From Pseudomonas phage 201phi2-1: a stretch of DNA of 32,000 nt. The notes under the pieces are model-generated. The model made no database searches and was not told the DNA's origin. It saw nothing but the letters and a program-made list of their open reading frames with translations. Where the stretch lies: sequence record NC_010821.1; one strand, given 5' to 3'. Position numbers and translations under genes: made by a program. Positions 9,625-18,946 of the stretch are shown here, one piece after another (positions within the stretch are counted from its first letter, which is position 1; each line of letters starts with the position of its first letter).

Positions 9625-10317
9625 ATGAAACGTATCCATTGGGTAATTGTTGGCATCATTGCCGTGATTATTTTGACCTGTCGTATTCAGGGTGTGCACG
9701 CCGCACCCATGCAATATTTCGGTACACCTATATTCTACGGTAAGTACTCTACCGATAAAGTTGAATGTGTTTTCAATCAGTCAGCCGCCTATGGGTTTTG
9801 CGGTGACATCCGTGACCCTGAAGAAGGGGTAGTCGGTCTAACTAATCCCAATGATCCAACTAAAGGTGTTGGGGCAATGGTCAGGCTATTCACTGAGGTC
9901 GTATGTGTAAAGGGTGAATGCGCTAGTAACTATGGCGAGCCATTAGGTCGTATTGCTGATACTCGTACTAGTTATTGGTATATCCCAACTGGCTACTACC
10001 TTGGTAATAAAGGTGAGAACGCATTAGCTTACCGTCAAGGTACTGGACCAATGGCTAATGAATTCCCTATGTCGTCAATCAAAGTGTTAGGTGCCCTTCA
10101 GGACCCTCCACGAGGCGTTGTAAGGAAGTATAATGACGATCTTGAGCGGTACAACGTATACTGCAATGAATCGCTTGAGTGTAGCTATATGGGACGTGTG
10201 ATGATGGCTAGTCAGTTAGCTGAATACATCCCCAAGGTACTGACCTATAGCTGCGGTACGGTCTTTTGCTATCACGCAGATAAAACCATTGCTGGCCTAA
10301 ACCCTAGGAAATTTTAA
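9625..10317 (+). CDS. Predicted exported cysteine-rich protein
   Basis: Classic signal peptide MKRIHWVIVGIIAVIILTCRIQGVHAAP. The mature part has 8 Cys in short-range pairs (CVKGEC, CNESLEC, CGTVFC). Confidence 0.75.
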   Translation: MKRIHWVIVGIIAVIILTCRIQGVHAAPMQYFGTPIFYGKYSTDKVECVFNQSAAYGFCGDIRDPEEGVVGLTNPNDPTKGVGAMVRLFTEVVCVKGECASNYGEPLGRIADTRTSYWYIPTGYYLGNKGENALAYRQGTGPMANEFPMSSIKVLGALQDPPRGVVRKYNDDLERYNVYCNESLECSYMGRVMMASQLAEYIPKVLTYSCGTVFCYHADKTIAGLNPRKF

Positions 10318-10318
10318 G

Positions 10319-10696
10319 ATGTTTAATATTTGGATTACACACGGTATTTTCTACGGCTATTCAGATGCATCCATTATTCATTTTGTTCGCCGGATATGGG
10401 ACATTGAATATGATGTGCCCCTATTGCCAGTAAACGGTAAACTGTTGGGGACTGGTCTGGTACTCTGTCCAGAAGAGAGTGAGCTTGATGAGAAACAGTT
10501 GCTGGAAGAAATAAAGGCTCGCCGTATTGTTCCTGACGATTTCCCACACGGACATTGTGGACGTTATACCTTGGAGCAGAAACTTGCCTTCCTAAACCAT
10601 CCGCTATTTCTCCCTCGCTATAAGCTGATCGTTGAAAGGCTTCGCGGCGAGTTCGATTTGCCTAAACGTAAACCCCTACCTGCTAAAGAGAGCTAA
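10319..10696 (+). CDS. Hypothetical phage protein (125 aa)
   Basis: Complete ORF directly after the previous gene. Confidence 0.65.
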   Translation: MFNIWITHGIFYGYSDASIIHFVRRIWDIEYDVPLLPVNGKLLGTGLVLCPEESELDEKQLLEEIKARRIVPDDFPHGHCGRYTLEQKLAFLNHPLFLPRYKLIVERLRGEFDLPKRKPLPAKES

Positions 10697-10700
10697 TGAC

Positions 10701-11174
10701 ATGAAGCGCATTACAACTGATTTGTCAGTATCTCTGAAAGACCTTACTGTTGAAAAGGTCCGTGAGATCGTTATGTCTACAGAAGACGACCTGTGGGCTA
10801 AGCCTTATGTCGACACAATCTGTGAAGACTTCGGTTATCTTGATCCAGGTATGTGGCCAATGAGTGAGTTGACCGTACGTCATTTGGCTGTACACGCTTA
10901 CAACCGTGGTGCCTACTACAATGCCCGCACCGGCGAAGGTTCCCGCAATGCACAATGTCATCAGTTCATGGATCTGTTACTGAGCTATGCATCGTCAATG
11001 GAAGGTAGTTTGCCACCATCCCTACGTTACAAAGAGAGTGAGCGGATGCCTTACCTGATCTATGAGCAACTGGGTAAGTTTGACTTCCTGGGCTACATTA
11101 AAAACGTACCTGAGTTGAGCCATAAGTGGTCTATCTACGGTTGGGAAATCCAATCTGTGTATTCTTACGAGTAA
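10701..11174 (+). CDS. Hypothetical phage protein (157 aa)
   Basis: Track ORF starts at 10632. The ATG at 10701 (MKRITTDLSVSLKD...) fits the end of the upstream gene. Confidence 0.7.
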   Translation: MKRITTDLSVSLKDLTVEKVREIVMSTEDDLWAKPYVDTICEDFGYLDPGMWPMSELTVRHLAVHAYNRGAYYNARTGEGSRNAQCHQFMDLLLSYASSMEGSLPPSLRYKESERMPYLIYEQLGKFDFLGYIKNVPELSHKWSIYGWEIQSVYSYE

Positions 11175-11184
11175 GTCATAAAAC

Positions 11185-11206
11185 GCCTCTACCTTCGGGT
11201 AGAGGC
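11185..11206 (+). terminator. Terminator hairpin with UUCG loop
   Basis: GCCTCTACC-TTCG-GGTAGAGGC then TTTATACCC. Confidence 0.85.
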
Positions 11207-11276
11207 TTTATACCCTTTTCTTTTTGTTCAATGGTACGTAACACCCTTTTAACGAAAACGCTAATAAGGGAGTGGT

Positions 11277-11774
11277 ATGGTGTTGACATACGGAACAGTA
11301 GCAGGTATTGACTTACAAGTTTCCAAAGGCCTAGCCGTTGGTTACTTCGGGATTGAAGACGACGTGTCTAAGATATCTAGAGTAGTAGGTGACTGGGAGC
11401 TACGTACAGTCCCAGATAATCATCGACATGGAATCGGAATGATAGTCGCAGTACCAACAAACCGTAGAACACGCAAGATCTATAATAAAGGTCGTATCGC
11501 CTGGCTAATGGCTTTAGATTTCTCTGAGGAGAAAGCTTGGTTGTATTTCAAAGCGTCTAGAGATCATAAACGAAAATGGGACCATCGCGTTGCACAATTT
11601 GTTTGTGATAACTTTGACTTAGATCCATTCATTATAAATGACATTATCGAGAGCGAGTCCCCACGAAGGACCTGTTTAGATCACGGCGTTTATACGACAA
11701 TGAATCCCGGACAGATATTAGGTGCATGCCAAATCCTGTCTGTGATTAATCAGCTAAAACTACAGGGAACTTAG
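11277..11774 (+). CDS. Hypothetical phage protein (165 aa)
   Basis: Complete ORF; GGGAG upstream of ATG. Confidence 0.65.
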   Translation: MVLTYGTVAGIDLQVSKGLAVGYFGIEDDVSKISRVVGDWELRTVPDNHRHGIGMIVAVPTNRRTRKIYNKGRIAWLMALDFSEEKAWLYFKASRDHKRKWDHRVAQFVCDNFDLDPFIINDIIESESPRRTCLDHGVYTTMNPGQILGACQILSVINQLKLQGT

Positions 11775-11780
11775 GTTCCC
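11765..11780 (+). terminator. Terminator hairpin overlapping the gene end
   Basis: GGGAAC-TTAG-GTTCCC then TTTTTATAG. The TAG stop (11772-11774) lies in the hairpin loop. Confidence 0.7.
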
Positions 11781-11845
11781 TTTTTATAGCCAATTCATAT
11801 GTATCATTAACTTTTGTTATTGGGTAAGGCCCATGGGAGTACCAC

Positions 11846-12277
11846 GTGAACTTTTTCGTAGATTGCGAATTCGACGTACCAACTAAAACACTGATCAGCC
11901 TTGGCATTATTAGCGAGGATGGTCTGCGTGAATTTTACGAAGTGTTAGACTATTCTAACATTCAGGACGAATGGGTAAAACAGAATGTTATTCCTATCCT
12001 ACAGAAAGCCCCTATCACTCGTGAAGAATTTCAAATCAAGCTGACTAAGTTCTGTGGTCAGTTCGCTGGTATGCACATTATCGTTAACCATCCGAATGAC
12101 GTTATTTATTTCAGTGAGGCTCTCTTGGGTGAAAAAGGTAAATGGATTAAGATCCAACCATTAACTTTTGAGGTTGATGACAAACTAAGTGGTAAGGGAT
12201 CTAAGCTACTCCACAATGCTCTTTACGATGCTATGGCTACCCGTGAAGATTGGTTATTACAGAATGGATTTAAATAG
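11846..12277 (+). CDS. Putative 3'-5' exoribonuclease, Rv2179c-like / RNase H-fold DEDD type
   Basis: 'FFVDCEFDVPTKTLISLGIISEDGLREFYEV' (DxE), 'VNHPNDVIYF', and 'LLHNALYDAMATREDW' (H...D) follow DnaQ/RNase T-like motif order. Confidence 0.6.
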   Translation: MNFFVDCEFDVPTKTLISLGIISEDGLREFYEVLDYSNIQDEWVKQNVIPILQKAPITREEFQIKLTKFCGQFAGMHIIVNHPNDVIYFSEALLGEKGKWIKIQPLTFEVDDKLSGKGSKLLHNALYDAMATREDWLLQNGFK

Positions 12278-12286
12278 GTAATAAAA

Positions 12287-12958
12287 ATGTCAACATATCA
12301 ACAAATGACGGAGGCCCGTAACCGTCGTTGCAGGCCCGAGACACTCTTAAGACTACTGCTTTCCACTAGTTATCCTTTATCGACCCTGAGTGACCTCACA
12401 CTGGCTCTAAATGTACATGGTGGTGAGACTAACAAAGACGAACTCGAACGTAATGCTGAAGACCTTCGTGAAGTAGAACGCAACTACACTTTGTATGACT
12501 TTGTACGGTGCGTTGAAATCCGTAGAACCCTTGGTGGTATCCGTATCGTAACCAAAGGACTTGACATCGATCCAGCAATGAAGGCAATCAATGATTGCAC
12601 TGAAACCCATAAAGAAATGGCTGCTGTAGATATCACTCTGGTTAAAGGAGATGAAGCTCTTGATGACGTAGAAGGTTTAGCAACTCGTCTGATGGAGATG
12701 TTCTATCGTTCACAAGTGAAGTCTAAACGTCCAGGTGATTCAATCGAACACACTGAATGGCGATGCCGTGTTAAAGAAGTAGATCGTAACAAACCGGGTA
12801 AGCCAACACGTACTGTTGACACTACCCTGGATGTCAAGCAAGCAATCCATCGCCTGAGTACATCTTTACGTAAACGTAGCTTCCACATCGTCCTCACGCA
12901 GAACTGTATTCTACTGATGGATCAGAAAGCTAGACTGTTTGGTGTTAGCAAAAAATGA
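12287..12958 (+). CDS. Hypothetical phage protein (223 aa)
   Basis: Complete ORF ending just before the convergent terminator. Confidence 0.7.
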   Translation: MSTYQQMTEARNRRCRPETLLRLLLSTSYPLSTLSDLTLALNVHGGETNKDELERNAEDLREVERNYTLYDFVRCVEIRRTLGGIRIVTKGLDIDPAMKAINDCTETHKEMAAVDITLVKGDEALDDVEGLATRLMEMFYRSQVKSKRPGDSIEHTEWRCRVKEVDRNKPGKPTRTVDTTLDVKQAIHRLSTSLRKRSFHIVLTQNCILLMDQKARLFGVSKK

Positions 12959-12967
12959 CAGCATAAA

Positions 12968-12988
12968 GCCCAGCCGTAGTGGCTGGGC
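12968..12988. terminator. Bidirectional terminator between convergent genes
   Basis: GCCCAGCC-GTAGT-GGCTGGGC between the plus-strand stop (12958) and the minus-strand stop (12998). The U tract is better on the minus strand (TTTATGC). Confidence 0.7.
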
Positions 12989-12997
12989 AATATGTCG

Positions 12998-14923
12998 TTA
13001 CGGAATGCGTGTTGTACTAGATGCACCGATTTGCCACCACGTACTGTCACGCGTGTTGAAAGCATGACGTCCAACGTTGAACAACAAGTTGGCTGTTTGT
13101 GGATGCTTGACCCAAACCATAGGTAGGTCATCCCAATAGTAAACATCGTTAGTTGCAGCAACTAACACCGCATCACCTTTCGCTCCAGTTGCTGGAGTAT
13201 TAGACATCCACTCGGTAGTCGTCGCATAGATCTTCAGTCGAATAGGGCGTAGTCTTGAATTAGCTACAAAAGCTAATCTTGATTTACCCATAAACTTCCA
13301 AGTATAACTGGTAGGAGAACTACCTAGGTTTTCAGCGTCATGGTAGAACTGATCACAAAAAGATTGTAGATCAGTTTTAATAGTAGGGATACTACTAATA
13401 CCGGTGTAGTATGGGTGACCCCTTACTGACTTGATAAACTCGCTTAACGTACCTGAGTTAACATAGTACGTTTCTGGTGCCGATACGTTTATAGTAGTAC
13501 TGATAGAATACTCAAACGGATCAGTTATCTTAAATGTGATTACGTCACCACTAACAGCACCTAGAGGACATCCAGCACCGGTAAATGGTTGATACGATGT
13601 GACCCCTTCAAGACTTCTGAAATACCCTTGCAGAATACCGTTCTTAAGGATCTCACCGGAATAAGTCTGTGTAACACCTGCACCAGGAAACAGAGATAGA
13701 TCGATACCACGTTTGTAAGTAGTCTGTGGTGATCCCACGGTTCGACCGAGGCTATCCCTCAGTATAATGACACTAGGGTCGATTACTTGGAACAACATTG
13801 GTTTAGTTAAGATCGTACCATCGTCCAATTGCACCAGTACGTTAACCCGATAAGTACCAGCTGTATTCATCGGTACAACTAGGGGTTGATCTGGATCAAC
13901 TTCTTCGTTGGTATATAGTTCAGGCATTACCAGTGATTCAGATGCACCCGCGAATATGTAGGCTGTATCAGGTAATCCGTTTAACAATGGGTGAGATTCA
14001 GGGGGACCTGGATAACCGATCTGACGTTTGATCTCGGATACCAACACAGGTTGTCGGTCGACGTTACCTGAAAAATAGCAGCCATATTCTTTTGCTAGTC
14101 GTGTAGCATCGGCACCAAAAACAAACCCACGGGCTAATGCGTCGGCCACACTAGTGAAGTTGTCATTACAGTGGTCAGTGATAATAGCGATACCATTACC
14201 TGCTGTCCGATAAGCAGCGAGTTCCTTAGCAAACCGTTCAGTGACATGCGTTTCAGACGGTGACTGAGTAGCGTATAAACCAAAGAATACCACGGTCGCA
14301 AATTGATCCAGATAATCAAATGTGAAGTCAATTTTAGAGCTATTGTCAGGTAAGTCGTAATAGGTCGGTGTCCAATTACCAGCCTGACAGATACCATCTA
14401 ATGTATCCCTAAAACCATTATCTGCTCGGGCACCACCTTGATTCTGATAATGTGAATCGGTCAATACAAACGAATAACCTTTAACCGAGTTGCCGATAAA
14501 CAACACCTTGCGGTTACCGGCGGCGACCTTACGTGGGTTAGCACAAAAGTTAAGTCCGTTATAAAGGTACTTCTGTGCCGGGGTTAATGTCGCAAATGTG
14601 TTTGGGTTTACTGCTGGATACGTTCCGCCATTGTTAGCAGCAATCTGATCATTATAAAATTTAGGGAACCCGCCATCGTAAATTACGTTACCGCGACCAT
14701 CTTGCGTAACAGCTAGGAATGGTCGATCGATAGTGGGTCCAGCCGGATCACCTGGCGGTACAGGTGTAATAGGACCCGTGTCGTATGCGAGGATCTCAGT
14801 CAATACAGGCGACCGTTCATTTCGAGTAACAATCGCCCTTCGTGTATTAGCTGGGAACGTCACAGTTAACGTCTGACCCGTGGTGTAGTAACCCGGTTGA
14901 ATTGACGTACTGATCTCAGCCAT
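12998..14923 (-). CDS. Putative virion/tail-associated structural protein (641 aa)
   Basis: Long minus-strand ORF rich in Gly/Thr/Asn/Pro with beta-rich character, adjacent to another small structural-like protein. Confidence 0.5.
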   Translation of the reverse strand: MAEISTSIQPGYYTTGQTLTVTFPANTRRAIVTRNERSPVLTEILAYDTGPITPVPPGDPAGPTIDRPFLAVTQDGRGNVIYDGGFPKFYNDQIAANNGGTYPAVNPNTFATLTPAQKYLYNGLNFCANPRKVAAGNRKVLFIGNSVKGYSFVLTDSHYQNQGGARADNGFRDTLDGICQAGNWTPTYYDLPDNSSKIDFTFDYLDQFATVVFFGLYATQSPSETHVTERFAKELAAYRTAGNGIAIITDHCNDNFTSVADALARGFVFGADATRLAKEYGCYFSGNVDRQPVLVSEIKRQIGYPGPPESHPLLNGLPDTAYIFAGASESLVMPELYTNEEVDPDQPLVVPMNTAGTYRVNVLVQLDDGTILTKPMLFQVIDPSVIILRDSLGRTVGSPQTTYKRGIDLSLFPGAGVTQTYSGEILKNGILQGYFRSLEGVTSYQPFTGAGCPLGAVSGDVITFKITDPFEYSISTTINVSAPETYYVNSGTLSEFIKSVRGHPYYTGISSIPTIKTDLQSFCDQFYHDAENLGSSPTSYTWKFMGKSRLAFVANSRLRPIRLKIYATTTEWMSNTPATGAKGDAVLVAATNDVYYWDDLPMVWVKHPQTANLLFNVGRHAFNTRDSTWWQIGASSTTRIP

Positions 14924-14936
14924 GATTTAACTCCAC

Positions 14937-15305
14937 TTAGATCTTAACAGGCATCGTGATGCGAGCATAGTAAGTAACTGGACCAGTAGCAAAGTTACTC
15001 TTAATAACCAGTTTACCGTCGGCCTGGATTTGATAGGTCAATACACCACTGGCTTCAACCACTGGCGGGTTAGTTCCAACAGTAGGGTCAACCATTGAGA
15101 GTTGAACACCTAAAGAGTAGACATGGTATTGAGCAGCAGTAAAACCTAGTTCGGTTGGAGCGTCAATTACGATTTGACCGTTGGCAGGAACACTACCAGT
15201 TTTATAACGGAAGCTTGCACTACCGCCAGAAACAACCGCGGCTTTAACTTTTGCAAAGTAAGCTGCCATTTGTGCTAGCATGTAAGCCTTAGCAGTTTGA
15301 CTCAT
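14937..15305 (-). CDS. Small virion-like phage protein (122 aa)
   Basis: Complete ORF directly upstream (on the minus strand) of the 641-aa gene. Beta-rich sequence. Confidence 0.5.
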   Translation of the reverse strand: MSQTAKAYMLAQMAAYFAKVKAAVVSGGSASFRYKTGSVPANGQIVIDAPTELGFTAAQYHVYSLGVQLSMVDPTVGTNPPVVEASGVLTYQIQADGKLVIKSNFATGPVTYYARITMPVKI

Positions 15306-15315
15306 AAGTCACCTC

Positions 15316-17448
15316 TTATCGCATATATGCGGGTACGTTTGGTTTAAGGATAGCCTTGGGTAAAGTGAACTCATTGATATCAATTTCAATACCGTATTGT
15401 TCAAATGCCTTAGAAAGGATACCGTGTAGGATTTTGTTTTCGTCGAAGTATTCGGGTTTGAAGTCTTCGGCAGCAACGTTGGTAAACACGTCACCTTCTA
15501 ACATAGGGGCTTCAATCCCCATGATTTCTGCGACTTGCGACTGTGACCACGCCAAGATGTCTGCACTACGAGTAGAGATGTTTGGAATCTCACCAGTATC
15601 GAGTGTGCATTGATACACATAGGTTTGAGAGTCTTGACCTAATCGATAGATCCGTGAGATCGCCTGTTCCAGAATGTAGGCACGGAAAGGAGAGTTCAAC
15701 AGAATCATGGTGTCGGCAATGGTAAGTCGTACACCCGTAGACAACGAAGCATATGTAGCGAGTAATGGATTAAGATCTTTCTCGGCGTCAAACCTTTTAA
15801 CGTGCAAAGGTAGTTCGTTGGTATTCTTACCGTAAACCACCAAAGGTGTCATACCCAGTTTAATCGTAACCTGTTCCGCTGCATCCACCGCCTCAACGAA
15901 GCTTGTGAACATGATCGTTTTCTTTTCGGTGGACTCGGTAATACCAACCCAGTCAATGTAAGGTACCATAGCTACGTTAGCTTCGATACGCATACCACCA
16001 ACAACACGACCTAGTACTTCACCTTGGATTTTGAGGTTAACATATTTAACCACTGACTTAATGTCGCGGAAGTCTTTAACCATGGTCTGCGGAAGAAGTT
16101 TCTCGAAGATGTCTTTCTCATAAGCGTTTGCCCTCTTCATTTCATCACCTAGGTATCTAGGATCAGGAGTACGGGAGATCAAATGGACTGTATGCAAGTA
16201 CTCATCAAACTGAATCAATGCCTGGCGGTCTTTAAGCTTACTACGGGCGATCTTGATGAAGTTCTCCCACTTACGCATGTCTGTGTCACGTCGCTTCTGG
16301 TAATACGCTGTACGCTCTTTAATGAAGGCTTCCATCATCTTACGGATAGCTGGGAGAGTAAAGCGCTCACCATCGGGTACCTTAATTGGATAAGGTCTCA
16401 TGATTGGAGGCAATAAAGATTCATCAGCTTCAGACTTCTCGACTTTATAACTAACCAGTCCTAAACGATGGCGGATGATATCTAAACCTTTAGAGGCTTC
16501 TTTACCATACATCTTCTTGAACTTAGCTTCTACCGCTGGAGTGAACAATGGATCAACTACACGAAGCAGGGTAATGATCTCGGCACCCAAAGCTTTTACT
16601 GGGGTACCAGAACCTTGGATGTTATTCTCGGAATCCAACAACTTAACCAAGGACTGATAGAGCATACTACGGGCTGAGTTGGGATCGTTCATGTTGTGTG
16701 ATTCATCTAGAATCGTAACAATCTTCTTCCCTTGGTAAACACTAGGATCTTGAAATAGTTCTTGTAGCTTAGACATTGCATCGTAGTGACACATAATCCA
16801 ACGCTGTCCTTCATAAGCCATCGGCTCGCCGCTATGCCAGATTGACTGCGGTGACTTGAACATCTCATTAACCGATTCAACCCATACTGATTCCAATACG
16901 GCTTTAGGACAGAACACTACAATCAACTCCGCCCCCAGCATTTCGGCCAGTGCTGACATCGAATAGGTCTTACCTGTACCTGCCGCGGCAGCGATCAGGT
17001 CACCTTTAAGGTTGTACTGATCTAAACGGTAACTATAGTTCTTGAAATACTCCATCTGGTAGGGCTTAGGTGTAAAGTGTAAGTTCTTCAACTTACGGAA
17101 ATCTAACCGTCCTTTAATGGTAGTAGTGTCAGGAGGGATAGTTCCTTTCAACCACGTATGTTCGTTGAGACCTTCGATTATTCCATTAATAGCCCGGATA
17201 CTCGTCCATCGATGGCGGTATTTCTTTATGCCGTCAAGGATATAAGCAATCTCTGGGGCAAAGAACTTATAAAAGCTAAACGAGTTACCACTGACGGTAT
17301 TGAAGATGTTCTGCGTGATACGGGTGGTCTTCCAGTGCTTATCCATGTCACGGACGATGTCTTTAGCACGAATACCAGATACCACGATTTCAGTGTTAGT
17401 TTCCTTTACGGTCACTCCACCGAATACGTTTCGGAATTGGTCTAACAT
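15316..17448 (-). CDS. SNF2-family DEAD/H helicase-like ATPase
   Basis: Walker A 'AAAAGTGKTYSM', motif II 'TILDESHN', motif III-like 'GSGTPV', 'TIMFTSFVEA', and motif VI-like 'QAISRIYRLGQ'. Confidence 0.9.
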   Translation of the reverse strand: MLDQFRNVFGGVTVKETNTEIVVSGIRAKDIVRDMDKHWKTTRITQNIFNTVSGNSFSFYKFFAPEIAYILDGIKKYRHRWTSIRAINGIIEGLNEHTWLKGTIPPDTTTIKGRLDFRKLKNLHFTPKPYQMEYFKNYSYRLDQYNLKGDLIAAAAGTGKTYSMSALAEMLGAELIVVFCPKAVLESVWVESVNEMFKSPQSIWHSGEPMAYEGQRWIMCHYDAMSKLQELFQDPSVYQGKKIVTILDESHNMNDPNSARSMLYQSLVKLLDSENNIQGSGTPVKALGAEIITLLRVVDPLFTPAVEAKFKKMYGKEASKGLDIIRHRLGLVSYKVEKSEADESLLPPIMRPYPIKVPDGERFTLPAIRKMMEAFIKERTAYYQKRRDTDMRKWENFIKIARSKLKDRQALIQFDEYLHTVHLISRTPDPRYLGDEMKRANAYEKDIFEKLLPQTMVKDFRDIKSVVKYVNLKIQGEVLGRVVGGMRIEANVAMVPYIDWVGITESTEKKTIMFTSFVEAVDAAEQVTIKLGMTPLVVYGKNTNELPLHVKRFDAEKDLNPLLATYASLSTGVRLTIADTMILLNSPFRAYILEQAISRIYRLGQDSQTYVYQCTLDTGEIPNISTRSADILAWSQSQVAEIMGIEAPMLEGDVFTNVAAEDFKPEYFDENKILHGILSKAFEQYGIEIDINEFTLPKAILKPNVPAYMR

Positions 17449-17522
17449 GTTGGTAATCTCGAAATAATAATCATAAAATGATGGGTCAGCAGTACATCTA
17501 TTATTAGAAGCCTTTTAAAGAG

Positions 17523-17541
17523 TATATTACACTCGTGAATT
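17523..17541 (+). promoter_or_regulatory. Putative phage early-type promoter
   Basis: TATATTAC-N5-TGAATT, 44 nt upstream of the ATG at 17567, in a divergent intergenic region. Confidence 0.5.
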
Positions 17542-17566
17542 AGCTATAACCAATAGGAGTACAAAC

Positions 17567-17860
17567 ATGTGGAATACAATGGAAGAGTTGAACCGGTCGT
17601 TTGCTAAAGGCTTTGCTGTGGCAGCAGTTGCCTGTTCGGCCATTAGTTTTGGTATTGCTTACTACGTCAGTAAGCTACCTGACCCACTCCAACTCTTTTC
17701 GGTAACCAGTACTGAAACTGGTATCGTGTATATGGTAGTTGCCATGTACGAAGAAGATGTAGCTGATATCATGGCTAAGCAGTCTGTAGTGTATACCGAT
17801 ATCCAACACATCGGTGTAGCTTTGGATAATGCTAAAGCTGGTGATATAGTCGTACTTTAA
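17567..17860 (+). CDS. Hypothetical small membrane protein (97 aa)
   Basis: Hydrophobic segment GFAVAAVACSAISFGIAYYV; GGAGTACAAAC upstream. Confidence 0.65.
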   Translation: MWNTMEELNRSFAKGFAVAAVACSAISFGIAYYVSKLPDPLQLFSVTSTETGIVYMVVAMYEEDVADIMAKQSVVYTDIQHIGVALDNAKAGDIVVL

Positions 17861-17871
17861 ATCTACTGGAT

Positions 17872-17910
17872 AAACCAATGCTAAGGAGGGGGAGTTCCTC
17901 CCATTGGTTT
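17872..17910 (+). terminator. Two-tiered terminator/hairpin
   Basis: Outer AAACCAATG/CATTGGTTT stem enclosing inner GGAGG/CCTCC, then ATTTAAAAAA. Confidence 0.6.
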
Positions 17911-17967
17911 ATTTAAAAACTATTAGCGTTAGCTAATATCCTTATTCGCTCTTAGAGGTACCATGCA

Positions 17968-18141
17968 ATGGGACGTAATTACATCTATATCGTGACTAAC
18001 GAGAACGGTATAAGCATTACAGTGATTGCAGAGTCAGCTGACAAAGCGAATGACTTTGTAGAACTGGCTGGACATGAAGCAGTGGAGACTCGTGAGGTGG
18101 GTAAAGCTCATCCGGGTTGCGCAGCAGGTATCGTTGACTAA
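17968..18141 (+). CDS. Small hypothetical protein (57 aa) missed by the ORF track
   Basis: MGRNYIYIVTNENGISITVIAESADKANDFVELAGHEAVETREVGKAHPGCAAGIVD*, between a terminator and the next gene. Confidence 0.6.
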   Translation: MGRNYIYIVTNENGISITVIAESADKANDFVELAGHEAVETREVGKAHPGCAAGIVD

Positions 18142-18152
18142 GGAGCCCCAAC

Positions 18153-18512
18153 ATGGGACTTAAGTTAAAAGTTCTTCGTGAAGACACCACAGCGTGGATC
18201 GTTAAGTGGCTTGCAGACCACACTAACAAATCCAATATCGAGGTAGAACGTAAGTACTTTGACAACCCGCTGAAGCATTACATGCAGTTCACCAATTCTG
18301 AAACGAATCGCACGGTAAAGCTCAGAGCGAAGCCTGAGTATTATCTGGTGCACTTCATGGATCATCGGATCGATGGATACTTTCATTTGAACTTAGACTA
18401 CAATCGACCTGTGTCGGAAGCAGCTGAGATCATTCTGAAATACCTGACCAGTGATCTGCAACAAGAACAATTTAAGGATTGGGTGAAAGCTCTTATCCTT
18501 ACAGTAGACTAA
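18153..18512 (+). CDS. Hypothetical phage protein (119 aa)
   Basis: Complete ORF; AAGGAG upstream. Confidence 0.7.
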   Translation: MGLKLKVLREDTTAWIVKWLADHTNKSNIEVERKYFDNPLKHYMQFTNSETNRTVKLRAKPEYYLVHFMDHRIDGYFHLNLDYNRPVSEAAEIILKYLTSDLQQEQFKDWVKALILTVD

Positions 18513-18523
18513 GGAGTAGCAGG

Positions 18524-18946
18524 ATGGATAAGTCTAAAATCATTGAAACCGTTAAAGCATTCTGTGCTAAACAAGAATTCCCAATTGAGCGATTGGTATT
18601 GGGTTTTGAAACAGCAGCTGTGATGCATGGTCTGCAACGTGGTACTGGTGTTATCCACGCTGAAGTTGATGACCGTGACTTCGAATGGGTTTGGTGCATG
18701 ACTGACAGCCCACCAGGTCGTGGTCTGATGGGTCAGAACATCACCGTTGATGGTGTAACATTCCACGTCGGCATAGCTGGTCATAATGCCAGCCTGATCG
18801 ATGGCGTGATGGTAGTGAGTAAGACACGGTTGTGGGAACAATGTACACTACCGCACATCCAACGTGACTGTGTTCCAGCAATGATTAAGATGTACCAGTC
18901 GATCGCATATGAGTTGATCAAACCTGGTTATCCTGAAGCAGAATAA
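18524..18946 (+). CDS. Hypothetical phage protein (140 aa)
   Basis: Likely start MDKSKIIETVKAF... downstream of AGGAG. Track start 18479 would overlap the upstream gene. Confidence 0.65.
   Translation: MDKSKIIETVKAFCAKQEFPIERLVLGFETAAVMHGLQRGTGVIHAEVDDRDFEWVWCMTDSPPGRGLMGQNITVDGVTFHVGIAGHNASLIDGVMVVSKTRLWEQCTLPHIQRDCVPAMIKMYQSIAYELIKPGYPEAE

Noticed and set aside
17158-17445. 95-aa plus-strand ORF inside the helicase gene
   Set aside because: Fully antisense to the minus-strand SNF2 gene, no supporting signals.
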